The notes beneath the pieces are model-generated. The model worked only from the letters and a program-made list of their open reading frames with translations. It had not been told where the DNA came from and ran no database searches. From positions 558,001 to 622,000 of the forward strand of contig NW_025767044.1 of NCBI RefSeq assembly GCF_003918875.1: a stretch of 64,000 bases of DNA, written 5' to 3'. Below are positions 62,866 through 64,000 of this stretch, piece after piece. A program made the translations under genes and the position numbers. This stretch comes from Haliotis rubra (taxonomy: Eukaryota). Within the stretch, counting starts at the first letter, position 1. Each line of letters begins with the position of its first letter.

Positions 62866-63719
62866 GTACGGCTTTTTAACACAAAAGTTCTCACCGGAAA
62901 AATGGGTATTTCCATTATCTAGAGATGCTTATTGCAGAGTAGTAAATGCTAATAACTTTCTCATGAATTTGTATTACATATCTATCCTTTACTATATCTT
63001 GGTTAGTAAGACACCATTAAACAACAGCCTAACACACAAGACTACCTATGCATGATAGTGAACAAACATGCATAATATCACCAATACCTTTGGTGTCTTC
63101 TTTCACCAATCCTTCAAAAGTGGCAATATGTAGCCAGCAAGAAAGAATCCAAGACAGGCAACCAGCTTATTGGACACTGAAGTAAGGGGTCAGTTAAGAC
63201 AATATCCATGAGTAATAAGAGACTTACTGGCGGTCGTTCCTCGGGAAAGAACAAAGATTAGATCAATAGATGATCTTCTCTTTTCTTCCAAATTTAAGAT
63301 ACATATGATGTAAATCGTCATTTATGTACAAGTAATATTTTATTATCACTGAGCAAGAACATAACCGTATTAATAGTTAACTAAACTTCTGGATCAACAC
63401 GGACATAGTCAAGATATCCGACTATTAACTGTTTGCAATATATCTCTGAGCCAGAAGATTTACCTCTAAGTAGCATTATCAATGGTGCTACAATAAGAGT
63501 TAATTTCGAATGCAAATTTCATCAGTATATGATAATGGGCTCTCAAGGAAAGCTTCCTCACAACTGTGTGTCTGACCAATTTAAGGTTGGCACACACGCA
63601 CATGATCACGCACACGGACACACAAGTACACACACATCGATCTCAAAACCCTCTTATAACAAGCTTGTGGTACACAAATGACAATTCAACCTTAACGAAA
63701 CGTTTCTTCGCTATTTCAG

Positions 63720-63879
63720 CCCTTTGTTGCTGTTCCAAATAGCGGAGGCAACTGGGATAGAAGTTAGAGCTAAATTCAACAACTACAGTGGACATGGCGT
63801 CTATGGTAAACACATGGGAGTAAGCTGCTTCAGTCCTGTCATCAACATTGTCAGGGATCCTAGATGGGGCAGAATTCAG
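63720..63879 (+). CDS. GH3 beta-xylosidase-like glycoside hydrolase, coding exon 2 (gene continues beyond window)
   Basis: Acceptor tttcag/C completes AGC (Ser) in frame; IAEATGIEVRAK...CFSPVINIVRDPRWGRIQ; donor CAG/GTGAGT. Confidence 0.93.
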
Positions 63880-64000
63880 GTGAGTATTAAACATGGAAAA
63901 CTATCAACCGTTCTTTTTTAAAACAGTCGTCATTTAAACCTGAATCACGTATGGCTTAGGTTTCTTAAAAAAAAGTTTGCTTTATCAGTTTATTTAACTA

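Noticed and set aside
62866-63055. Extension of the GH3 ORF to 166 aa as in the track
   Set aside because: GH3 similarity ends at the GT donor at 62866 and resumes in exon 2; the rest is intron read-through.

Overview
Eukaryotic, AT-rich, repeat-dense genomic window with one assembly gap (27075-27289). The SINE, Nimb-like LINE and Tc1 complement and a secreted GH3 gene suggest a marine invertebrate, probably a mollusc (inference). The only clearly intact host gene is at the far right: two GT-AG exons of a signal-peptide-bearing GH3 beta-xylosidase-like gene (62555-62865, 63720-63879), continuing past the window end. Other annotatable content: several Tc1/DD34E transposons (one full length with a single nonsense codon), a decayed 4.3 kb APE-RT LINE whose ORF1 begins with a 2A-like DIETNPGP motif, two SINE families, Nimb/I-type LINE 3' tails, MITEs and two minisatellites. 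The main structure not shown by the ORF track is a ~28 kb fold-back palindrome (arms ~23478-37905 and ~37975-51354, spacer only ~70-135 bp). Its arms are old and diverged but carry patches of near identity and one clear arm-to-arm templated insertion. The palindrome core is an unidentified decayed sequence family that also occurs in several tandem and inverted copies at 1-16 kb. All identities quoted are by-eye estimates, not computed.
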